From NCBI GenBank assembly GCA_045656145.1, contig JAZOQP010000037.1, positions 13,257 through 77,256 on the forward strand: a stretch of DNA of 64,000 bases. The letters run 5' to 3'. Both the position numbers and the translations under genes were made by a program. The notes under the pieces are model-generated. The model ran no database searches. It saw only the letters and a list, made by a program, of their open reading frames with translations, and was not told the DNA's origin. Source of the stretch: Acutalibacteraceae bacterium. Its GTDB lineage: Bacteria; Bacillota; Clostridia; Oscillospirales; Acutalibacteraceae. Positions 1-7,582 of the stretch are shown here, piece after piece (the first letter of the stretch is position 1; each line of letters starts with the position of its first letter).

Positions 1-87
1 AGGAATAACCGCCGCAATTATAGCGCCGGGCCAATTATTTTTAAGAATCGCAAGAGCCGTTGTTTTAACCGCTTTTGTGTGAAGCAC
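1..87 (-). CDS. 5' end of an unidentified membrane-protein gene running off the window (partial)
   Basis: GTG at 85-87 (minus strand) lies 7 nt after GGAAGGTGA. The frame stays open to the window edge and translates VLHTKAVKTTALAILKNNWPGAIIAAVIP, which is hydrophobic. Only 29 codons are visible. Confidence 0.3.
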   Translation of the reverse strand, partial: MLHTKAVKTTALAILKNNWPGAIIAAVIP

Positions 88-103
88 CGCTTTTCACCTT
101 CCT

Positions 104-2440
104 TTAAAGAATTTTAAGTTTTGCATAGTTTGCCATTAATTTCTTAATGCCAACGCCTTTAAAATTAATTTCAAGCATACTATCATCCGCCATAGGCTTA
201 ACCGATAAGATAACCCCTTCTCCAAATGTTCTATGCTCAACATCCAAACCTACTTTATATTGTGATTTAGCCGCACCAGATGAGTTTGATTTAACGCTAA
301 CTGAATATTTAGGTTCGTTAAATAAAACCCTGCCGCCGCCACTAAATGATGGCATAGCGCTTCCGCCGCCAGAAACCACATATAGGTCTTCCGGAATTTC
401 CTTTAAAAATCTCGATACTGCGTTTCTCCCCGTTGAGCCGAATAGCATACGGGTTGAGGCATTGGTAAGTGTTAGGGAGCGCTTAGCTCTTGTTATTGCA
501 ACATAGGCTAGTCGCCTTTCCTCTTCAATATCCTCGGGTCCGCCATAAATTGATTGATTACCGGGGAAGATTCCCTCCTCCATACCGGCTAAATAAACCT
601 TTTCAAATTCGAGTCCCTTTGCGGAATGAATTGTCATTAAAATGACCCTATCTTCGCTACTATCCATCGAATCTATATCGCTGAAGAGTGCAATTTCCTC
701 TAAAAATTCCGATAGTGTTGGCTCCTCATTTTCACTCTCATACTGAGCAATGCTCGAGGCTAATTCCCTTATATTATCCACTCGGTCCTGCTCGGTAGGG
801 CCTAATGAATAAAGATACTGCATATATCCGGTTTTTGCGGCAGTTAGTTCAAACAACTCATTAAGGGTTACCGTTCCCGCAGATTCGCGAAGTTCCTCGA
901 TTATATCGCAAAATTCCTTGAGTTTTCCAGCCGCGCGAGAAAGCATCGGATAATCACTGGCTGTTTTAAAAACCTCGAACAAGGAAAGACCTAACGAATT
1001 GGCAATTTCCTGAGCATTATTAACGGTTGTGTCGCCAATAGAGCGCTTAGGCTCATTAACAATTCTTTTAAGCCTTAAATCATCATAGGGGTTATTAATA
1101 ACCGCGAGATACGCCAAAATATCCTTGATTTCTTTTCTTTCAAAGAACTTCATTCCACCTATAACTCTATATGGCACGCTACTTCTCGCAAATGCATTTT
1201 CAATAGCATTCGACTGCGCATTCATTCTGTATAGCACGGCGTGATCGGAAAACTTGGCGCCCGCCGCTACGCTATCAAGAATATTATCGACGATATATTT
1301 TGCCTCAACCCTTTCATCCCCACCTGTGAAAACGGCAAGTGGCGAGCCATTGCCCTTATCGGTCCAAAGAGTTTTGGTTTTTCTACCCGTGTTATTTTTT
1401 ATAACCGCATTTGCGGCATTTAAAATATTACCCGTTGAGCGATAGTTTTGCTCCAAACGAATAACGCGGCAGTTTTCATATTCATCCTCGAAATTTAGGA
1501 TGTTTTCAATTGTGGCTCCACGGAAACGGTAAATACTCTGGTCATCATCGCCCACAACACATATATTTTTGTTGTTTTCGGATAAAAGACTAACCAAGAC
1601 ATACTGAGCATAGTTTGTGTCCTGATACTCATCCACCATTACATACTTAAAGCGATTTTGATAATAATTTAAAATATCGCCGTTTTGCTTTAGGAGTTTA
1701 ACGGTATTATAAATCATATCGTCAAAATCCATAGCATCATTATTAATTAAGGTTGCCTGATACTTTTTATATAAAGAAGCCACCTTTTGCATTCTGAAAT
1801 CGCTACCAATATTAGATGAAAACTCTTCGGGAGAAATAAGTTTATCCTTAGCCGAGGAAATCTCCTTTAAAACATATTTTACAGGCAGAATTTTATCATC
1901 TATATTATCCTGCTTCATAATTTCCTTTAAAACTTTTTTCTGGTCATCAGTATCATAAATAGTGAAATGCGAGGTATAGCCTATCTCCCCTGCATATCTT
2001 CTTAAAATTCTGCCGCAAATGGAATGGAATGTTCCCGCATGAACATCCGCCGCATCTTCGCCAAGCTTTAAAGCGATTCTGTTTTTTAGTTCCTCTGCCG
2101 CCTTATTGGTAAAGGTTATGGCTAAAATCTCATAAGGCCTTGCAGGGTTTACGCTAAGCGCATCAATATGTATGCTATCGGTTTTACCCGATAGATAATC
2201 ATTAATTTGCCCCACTTGCGCGCCGTTTAAATAGGGCTCTATATTACTTTTATAAGCGCTGCCGTATTTCACAAGGCAGGAAATTCGGTTTACAAGCACC
2301 GTTGTTTTTCCCGAACCTGCGCCCGCTAAAACAAGCACCGGACCGTTAATAGTGGTTACGGCTTCAAACTGCCTGTTATTCATAGCACCGAATTCTTTTT
2401 CGATAACTTTATCTCTCAAATCAATAAGATTTACTGACAT
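104..2440 (-). CDS. pcrA: ATP-dependent DNA helicase PcrA (UvrD/Rep superfamily 1)
   Basis: Walker A AGAGSGKTTVL, DEYQDTN (motif II), VGDDDQSIYRFRGA, QNYRS and TIHSAKGLEF are present. The ATG at 2438-2440 follows GGGAGA by 7 nt. The TTG at 2455 in the ORF track is probably an over-extension. Confidence 0.95.
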   Translation of the reverse strand: MSVNLIDLRDKVIEKEFGAMNNRQFEAVTTINGPVLVLAGAGSGKTTVLVNRISCLVKYGSAYKSNIEPYLNGAQVGQINDYLSGKTDSIHIDALSVNPARPYEILAITFTNKAAEELKNRIALKLGEDAADVHAGTFHSICGRILRRYAGEIGYTSHFTIYDTDDQKKVLKEIMKQDNIDDKILPVKYVLKEISSAKDKLISPEEFSSNIGSDFRMQKVASLYKKYQATLINNDAMDFDDMIYNTVKLLKQNGDILNYYQNRFKYVMVDEYQDTNYAQYVLVSLLSENNKNICVVGDDDQSIYRFRGATIENILNFEDEYENCRVIRLEQNYRSTGNILNAANAVIKNNTGRKTKTLWTDKGNGSPLAVFTGGDERVEAKYIVDNILDSVAAGAKFSDHAVLYRMNAQSNAIENAFARSSVPYRVIGGMKFFERKEIKDILAYLAVINNPYDDLRLKRIVNEPKRSIGDTTVNNAQEIANSLGLSLFEVFKTASDYPMLSRAAGKLKEFCDIIEELRESAGTVTLNELFELTAAKTGYMQYLYSLGPTEQDRVDNIRELASSIAQYESENEEPTLSEFLEEIALFSDIDSMDSSEDRVILMTIHSAKGLEFEKVYLAGMEEGIFPGNQSIYGGPEDIEEERRLAYVAITRAKRSLTLTNASTRMLFGSTGRNAVSRFLKEIPEDLYVVSGGGSAMPSFSGGGRVLFNEPKYSVSVKSNSSGAAKSQYKVGLDVEHRTFGEGVILSVKPMADDSMLEINFKGVGIKKLMANYAKLKIL

Positions 2441-2521
2441 TAAATAATCTCCCAATATAATTCTATACTTAATATTTTACATTAAATTTATGAATATATC
2501 AACAACTATTCTTTAATTTTT

Positions 2522-3457
2522 CTATATAATAAATAATTCTTTGCTATCTAACACAAAATCATATAAATTTACTTTCTTTATATCTAAGGAATTATAGGTT
2601 TTTAGATAATAAGTGCCCTTCCCTGTGTTAGCACAGCTTGAGTAAATTGTTTTATGGGTTTTGCCGTTTTTTAAAACAACGGCGCCATCAGGCACCGCAA
2701 CCGAGCCCAAAACAGCAAAAAACGCTGCAACCTTCTCCTCCTCGCCATCCCCCAAAACTGCATTTTCTCTTAAAAAAGCGGCTCTCACAAACCGGGACAT
2801 TGAAGAATAATCCCCGGGAAGCGAAAAAGCTCCCAAGCCATTTGAATAATTATTAAACTCGTTTTCTCCTGAAAAACCGTTTTTTTGAGGTTGATTCGAT
2901 AAATAAGAAAAATTGCTGAGATGAATTTTTTGCATTGGAAATTCGGGGGAATTAGTAAGCACTCCTAACTTATTTTCATAAATATTAAGTCCCCTGCCGG
3001 TTTGCTCTAAAACAAAGGAATTTTTCTTATCCGATAATAAAAAGTGAAGCGGAGTTGGAGGGAAATCAGAACTAAAGGAAAGAGCTGAAATTTTAAATTT
3101 TCTTATCTTTTCGGCGGCAAGATAGGCGTTATCGCAAAGCGATAAAAGATAGTTTATTATTTCAAAAGATGCTAAATACCCCTTACCCTTACCCATTACA
3201 TACTCCGCAAAAAAAGGAAAATTCAGCGCCGCGCAAGAAACCCCTTTTTCATTGGTAGCCTCAAAATATAAAGGATAATTATTGCTAACTATACCGCTTC
3301 CCATTATTGCATAATGCCTCTCTGCTATATCTCCGCAGGTAAAACTAATGGGGAAATCTCTCGGAGTTATAACAATTTTTGCATTGTAATCCATATCTAA
3401 ATCAAGATTTCTGCCAAAATAATTATAGCCGCAATTTAAATTTATAGCTGTACACAT
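2522..3457 (-). CDS. Choloylglycine hydrolase family protein (bile salt hydrolase / penicillin V acylase, Ntn hydrolase)
   Basis: Starting at the ATG at 3455-3457 gives M-C-T-A...FGRNLDLD. This is the Cys2 N-terminal nucleophile plus the FGRN.D motif typical of the family. The GTG extension in the track lies inside a terminator stem. Confidence 0.85.
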   Translation of the reverse strand: MCTAINLNCGYNYFGRNLDLDMDYNAKIVITPRDFPISFTCGDIAERHYAIMGSGIVSNNYPLYFEATNEKGVSCAALNFPFFAEYVMGKGKGYLASFEIINYLLSLCDNAYLAAEKIRKFKISALSFSSDFPPTPLHFLLSDKKNSFVLEQTGRGLNIYENKLGVLTNSPEFPMQKIHLSNFSYLSNQPQKNGFSGENEFNNYSNGLGAFSLPGDYSSMSRFVRAAFLRENAVLGDGEEEKVAAFFAVLGSVAVPDGAVVLKNGKTHKTIYSSCANTGKGTYYLKTYNSLDIKKVNLYDFVLDSKELFII

Positions 3458-3463
3458 AAAAAA

Positions 3464-3497
3464 CACCGCCTCTTTGATATTTTATCAAGAAGCGGTG
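3464..3497 (-). terminator. Rho-independent terminator of the riboswitch-controlled DUF4430/S-component operon
   Basis: Minus strand reads CACCGCTTCTTGAT-aaaat-ATCAAAGAGGCGGTG followed by TTTTTT. It sits directly after the S-component stop codon. Confidence 0.75.
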
Positions 3498-3503
3498 AAT
3501 TTA

Positions 3504-4025
3504 TTAATTTTTTACTGCCTTTTTTAAGGTTTTTATTAAGGGCGAAAAAGCTAGCAACACAAATAAAAAGTTTGCTGCACAATGGATAATATCATACGGT
3601 ATACCTGCTATTATCCAAGAAAGTCCACCCGAAAAACCAAGCGTTAAAAAATAAGGTGGCGAGCAAAGAGTGCCAAAAAAGAGTCCGAAAAATGCCGCTA
3701 TAATGGCATTAATAAATGGTGTGGCAAAACTCCTTGTGAGCATTACAACAATAACTAATATTGCCCACACATAAAGATACATAACATTCCATATACCAAA
3801 GCCAAAGAAAAGCATTTCTAAAGCCACATATATGTAAACACTATATAACGCGCGCCAACCAAAATATGTTGTTATAACCATTATTAAAAGTGTTACGGGC
3901 TCAACATTTGCAAGCGGAGCTAATACTAACTTGCCCACAAACATAAGCACCCCTAAAATGCTCAATAAAACATATTTAAAAAGTTGTTTTTTATGAAGCA
4001 AATCCGATTGTGTAAACTGCTTCAT
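3504..4025 (-). CDS. ECF-transporter substrate-specific (S) component-like membrane protein, putative corrinoid-specific (CbrT-like)
   Basis: About 173 aa with roughly 5-6 hydrophobic helices. It lies in an operon behind a cobalamin riboswitch and a DUF4430 gene. The start was chosen at ATG 4023-4025 (GGAGG 5 nt upstream), which overlaps the DUF4430 3' end by 35 nt. Confidence 0.6.
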   Translation of the reverse strand: MKQFTQSDLLHKKQLFKYVLLSILGVLMFVGKLVLAPLANVEPVTLLIMVITTYFGWRALYSVYIYVALEMLFFGFGIWNVMYLYVWAILVIVVMLTRSFATPFINAIIAAFFGLFFGTLCSPPYFLTLGFSGGLSWIIAGIPYDIIHCAANFLFVLLAFSPLIKTLKKAVKN

Positions 4026-4389
4026 AATTTCCTCCATCGGTAACGGGAATTTCATTCAATCCAACAGATGCCATTTCTTCACCCACATAGATTGCCCACC
4101 AAGCACCATCCTTATTATAATCTGCTGTGATGCCATTAATTGTGGTGTAATATCCGCTTGCATCATAGATGATAAGGTTTTCTTCTTCCAAAGCCTTCGC
4201 AAGATATTCCTCATCGGTTTTAATTGCGAATTCTTTCTCTGCCTTTGCCTCATCAACTATAGTGAATGTAATGCTCTTGCTTCCTTGTTCGGTTTCGGGT
4301 CTTGTTAAAAAGTAAGCCCCTACCGCCACAGCAATAACGAGCACAAGAGCAACCGCCGCTATCACCGCGCCTTTTGTTTTTTTGGACAT
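3991..4389 (-). CDS. DUF4430-like secreted/anchored protein (transcobalamin-like beta domain), putative corrinoid binder
   Basis: N-terminal signal anchor (AVIAAVALVLVIAVAVGAYF) followed by a domain of about 95 aa ending ...DGAWWAIYVGEEMASVGLNEIPVTDGGNYEAVY. AAGGAGG RBS. It is the first gene after a cobalamin riboswitch. Confidence 0.6.
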   Translation of the reverse strand: MSKKTKGAVIAAVALVLVIAVAVGAYFLTRPETEQGSKSITFTIVDEAKAEKEFAIKTDEEYLAKALEEENLIIYDASGYYTTINGITADYNKDGAWWAIYVGEEMASVGLNEIPVTDGGNYEAVYTIGFAS

Positions 4390-4469
4390 AAAAAAGTCCT
4401 CCTTATATGGTATTACTAAATAGCCGATACAAAGAGGATACTATACTTTATTTTAACTTCGTATACCGC

Positions 4470-4680
4470 CAAAGATAAACCTTCATACAGCAACCAATTA
4501 CTCGTGGTGCTTTGTACCTGCACTGTAAAGCAAGTCTTCCGACTTAGAGTCAACGCACCGCTTTGCCTTCCCAATTTCTCAGTGGCTTAAATAAAACGGC
4601 GCTCATCATCACGGCGACGAGTTCGTTGGGGATTTTCACCCATATTCCTTATTAAACCGCTCATTACAAGCAGTACTTCA
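4470..4680 (-). promoter_or_regulatory. Cobalamin (AdoCbl) riboswitch
   Basis: The minus strand contains AAGGAAUAUGGGUGAAAAUCCCC (plus 4629-4640 = GGATTTTCACC) and GCCACUG...GGGAAGGC (plus 4580-4586 = CAGTGGC). It also has a B12-box-like AAGUCGGAAGACUUGC (plus 4530-4545). These occur in the canonical order, between a consensus promoter and the DUF4430 RBS. Confidence 0.8.
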
Positions 4681-4691
4681 CAGCCTTTATT

Positions 4692-4720
4692 TAGCAGTAA
4701 TATTTTATCATTAAAGGGAG
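4692..4720 (-). promoter_or_regulatory. Sigma-A-type promoter driving the riboswitch leader
   Basis: Minus strand TTGACA (4715-4720), 17-nt spacer, TAAAAT (4692-4697). It overlaps the 3' end of the upstream ABC ATPase gene. Confidence 0.55.
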
Positions 4721-5274
4721 TCTATGTCAAGCACCGTGGTGTTAAGCAAGGAAGCATCCTTCTCATTATGTGATACACAAATTAAGATTTTTCCTGCTGT
4801 TTTTTCGTTTATAAAACGGGCGGCTTTTTCTATATTTTCGGTGTCAAGACCCGTAAAAGCCTCATCTAAAATATAAATATCGGCCTCAATTGATAACGCC
4901 CTCGCAATAGCCACTCTTCTTGCCATTCCACCCGAAAGCTCGGCGGGATAGAGATTTACCGCTTCAAAAAGGCCTAATTTATCAAGCGAATCTAAAACAA
5001 TTTCTTCATCTGCAAACAAAGTCAGATTTTCTTTTACTGTTTTGAAAGGCAAAAGCCTATCCTCTTGGAAAACAACCGAAACCTTAGCGCCATTTAGGTT
5101 TATTTCGCCTTCATTTGCCTTTTCCAAGCCTAAAATTAAACGCAAAAGCGTTGTTTTCCCAACTCCCGATTCTCCGCGCAATATAATACGCTCACCTTTG
5201 TTTACCTTTAAATTAAGGTTATTAAAAATTTTATTTTCTCCATAGGAAAAGGAAAGATTTTTAATTTCTATCAA
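4711..5274 (-). CDS. ABC transporter ATP-binding protein (NitT/TauT-like importer, compact NBD)
   Basis: Walker A GESGVGKTT, Q-loop FQEDRLLP, signature LSGGMARRV, Walker B IYILDEAFTGLD and H-loop SHN are present. The likely start is TTG 5272-5274 after GGAAGGAGAG, overlapping the permease stop as TTGA. Confidence 0.85.
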   Translation of the reverse strand: MIEIKNLSFSYGENKIFNNLNLKVNKGERIILRGESGVGKTTLLRLILGLEKANEGEINLNGAKVSVVFQEDRLLPFKTVKENLTLFADEEIVLDSLDKLGLFEAVNLYPAELSGGMARRVAIARALSIEADIYILDEAFTGLDTENIEKAARFINEKTAGKILICVSHNEKDASLLNTTVLDIDSL

Positions 5275-6020
5275 AATTTTCTCTCCTTCCAAAATATTTT
5301 CAAAATATTTTCCAAAATTAAGCTTAAAATTATAACGGTGAAGGTAACAGCAAAAACCTGCTCATAATCAATTGATTGCTTAGCTCCCGATAAGAGCGCA
5401 CCAAGGCTTCCAGAGGGGTTGCAAATAACCTCTGCCGCAATGCCCGATTTCCAAGCAATTCCAAGGCCTGTTAAAGCCGCTTCGCGAAGAAATGGCATAA
5501 CAGAGGGTATTTTAATGTTTTTTAGAATTCCCAAGGAATTCATTCCAAAAACTAAAGCCATCTCAACATTCTTTTTATCAACGCTTGATAATCCCGCATC
5601 AATATGGCTTTTTATAATGGGGAAAACCATTAAAAATGAAATGAACGGCGGCAAAACCGATGTGGGCACCCAAAGCCACGCCACCACTATAAATGCCGCA
5701 ACAGGCACCGAACGAATAATATGAAATATAGGCGCAGAAAAATGCTTAAAAAGGCCTGAATATGCCGCTAAAACACCGCACACACTACCCAGCACCAATG
5801 CCGATAAAAAGCCTGCAGCAATATGCAAAAGCGATGTTCCAACAGCGCTCCAAAACAAAGGCTTTGATAAATTTTCTATAAAAGCCTCCAGAGTATCAAG
5901 CGGTAGCGGTATTTTCAAAAGCAAATTCCTATTTGCCAAAGCACCCAAAAAGTGCCACACTAAAACCCATATTAAAACAGAGCCTGCCACTAGGGCAGGC
6001 TTTTTAAGTTTATTTTTCAT
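5271..6020 (-). CDS. ABC transporter permease (NitT/TauT / BPD_transp_1-like)
   Basis: Multi-pass hydrophobic protein placed between the SBP and ATPase genes. The start was chosen at ATG 6018-6020 (MKNKLKKPALVAG), which removes the overlap with the SBP gene. Confidence 0.8.
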   Translation of the reverse strand: MKNKLKKPALVAGSVLIWVLVWHFLGALANRNLLLKIPLPLDTLEAFIENLSKPLFWSAVGTSLLHIAAGFLSALVLGSVCGVLAAYSGLFKHFSAPIFHIIRSVPVAAFIVVAWLWVPTSVLPPFISFLMVFPIIKSHIDAGLSSVDKKNVEMALVFGMNSLGILKNIKIPSVMPFLREAALTGLGIAWKSGIAAEVICNPSGSLGALLSGAKQSIDYEQVFAVTFTVIILSLILENILKIFWKERKF

Positions 6021-6999
6021 ACCAAAAATCTTCTCCCGGAAGTTTTCCGCCAACTGATTTTGCATCGGCTGAGAACATAACATTTAAGAAGCCTGATAAT
6101 TTAGTTTTCATATCATTTCCGTCAATATAGCAAAGGCCAACATAAGGTAAAGCGGCTTTTGCAACGGCGGCTTTTGCAACAATAGCATACTTTTCGCAAA
6201 GATTAGCAGTTGTTTCGGCTTCATTCTGAGCCTTTTCGATAGAAGCTTTATAATCTACTAAAAAGTTTTCTACTGCTTTGGGATTTGCCTCTAAAAACTC
6301 GGTTCTAACAATTACGCAACCCTGCATTAAAGCACTCTCGTTATCAATTTTCTCCCACTCTTCAGTAAGATTTAAAGCAAGTTTAGAGCCCGCATATTTC
6401 ATAGTAATAGAGGTGGCTACCGGCTGAGGAGAAATAATAACTGCTTCAGGCTCAGTTGCCCAAACGCCAACAAGCTCAGTACCTTCTGCTTTGTATTCAA
6501 TTTGAAGATCTGTATCCTTATTAATACCGTTTTTCTCCAAAATGTAATTGATGATATATTCGGGGTTAGAACCCTGACCTGTTGCATACACCTTTTTACC
6601 CTTAAGGTCTGCAATAGAAGCAATTTCGGTGCCCTTATTTGTAACAACATATAAAACACCGAGGGTGTTTACGGCCAAAACCTTAACGCCGCCATTAGTC
6701 TTATTATAAAGAGTTGCGGCAAGGTTAGTGGGAACGGCGGCAATATCGGCTTCCTTATTGGAAATCTTAGAAACGATTTCGGTAGGAGCAGCTACGGCCG
6801 AAAATTTATAATTTTCTTTTCCTCCGCCATTTGCTGCAAATTCCATTAAATTAACAGCGCCAATACCCGTGGGGCCTGTTAGAACAAAAACATTAATATC
6901 TGTTTTTGCTTCTTCTACTTTAGGCGGTTCGGCTGTACCACACGCACAAACCGAAAACATAAGCAAAACTGCTAAGAATAAACTTACTACTTTTTTCAT
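6010..6999 (-). CDS. ABC transporter substrate-binding lipoprotein (NMT1/THI5- or TauA-like)
   Basis: Lipoprotein signal MKKVVSLFLAVLLMFSVCAC-G. ATG 6997-6999 follows AGGTGA by 5 nt. It heads a three-gene SBP-permease-ATPase operon. Confidence 0.75.
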   Translation of the reverse strand: MKKVVSLFLAVLLMFSVCACGTAEPPKVEEAKTDINVFVLTGPTGIGAVNLMEFAANGGGKENYKFSAVAAPTEIVSKISNKEADIAAVPTNLAATLYNKTNGGVKVLAVNTLGVLYVVTNKGTEIASIADLKGKKVYATGQGSNPEYIINYILEKNGINKDTDLQIEYKAEGTELVGVWATEPEAVIISPQPVATSITMKYAGSKLALNLTEEWEKIDNESALMQGCVIVRTEFLEANPKAVENFLVDYKASIEKAQNEAETTANLCEKYAIVAKAAVAKAALPYVGLCYIDGNDMKTKLSGFLNVMFSADAKSVGGKLPGEDFWYEK

Positions 7000-7035
7000 T
7001 TTGATCACCTGATTGCTAAAATTTTAACTATATTT

Positions 7036-7064
7036 AGTTTATACCTTTTTTTTCGCTTTGTCAA
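7036..7064 (-). promoter_or_regulatory. Putative promoter of the ABC importer operon
   Basis: Minus strand TTGACA (7059-7064), 17 nt, TAAACT (7036-7041). Confidence 0.45.
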
Positions 7065-7163
7065 TAAATAAGGATACAAATATTTTAATAATTTTGAATT
7101 TTATTATAGTAATTTTAGGTAACCTGTGATATATTAAAAGAAAGATTTTAAGGAGGGCAAAAA

Positions 7164-7539
7164 ATGACAATCAAAAAAAGAAAAGACTCTTTTTTCGGAC
7201 TCCATTTTGATTTCCACGCTAAACTAGAAAATGATAACTGTGTTCTTGGCGAAAATCTTAAAGAAGAGGATATAAGAACTATTTGCCGCGAGGTAAAGCC
7301 TGATTTTATCCAAATTGACTGCAAGGGACATCCCGGTTTTGCTTCATATCCATCGAAGCTTGGCAACGCTATGCCGAATTTCAAAAAAGATACCCTAGCC
7401 CTCTGGCGAAAGGTTACCGAAGAAGAAGGCAATTTGGCAACCTGAAGGTAAGGAACTCGAAATTTTAGAAGAAAACGGCGTTTATAAAATTAAACTCCCG
7501 GCCCTTCATATTCACGAAATTGTTGAACTCGAGTTTTAA
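7164..7539 (+). pseudogene. Remnant of a glycoside-hydrolase-like (TIM-barrel) gene: N-terminal ~90 codons joined out of frame to the last ~31 codons
   Basis: A good RBS (AAGGAGGG) precedes an ORF beginning MTIKKRKDSFFGLHFDFHAKLEN...IQIDCKGHPGFASYPS and ending at TGA 7443-7445. The +1 frame continues from 7444 as EGKELEILEENGVYKIKLPALHIHEIVELEF* up to a terminator. This looks like an internal deletion of a much larger gene. Confidence 0.55.
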
Positions 7540-7543
7540 AAAC

Positions 7544-7574
7544 AAACCCCGTAGTGAATTACACTACGGGGTTT
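7544..7574. terminator. Bidirectional rho-independent terminator between convergent genes
   Basis: AAACCCCGTAGTG-aatta-CACTACGGGGTTT, flanked by A and T runs. It lies between the remnant (+) and the ROK-like gene (-). Confidence 0.8.
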
Positions 7575-7582
7575 AAAATTTA

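Noticed and set aside
4056-4256. 66-aa minus-strand ORF (MMRQRQRKNS...) inside the DUF4430 gene.
   Set aside because: It is an alternative frame of a gene with a better RBS, a signal anchor and a riboswitch context. Its basic, low-complexity product has no start signals.
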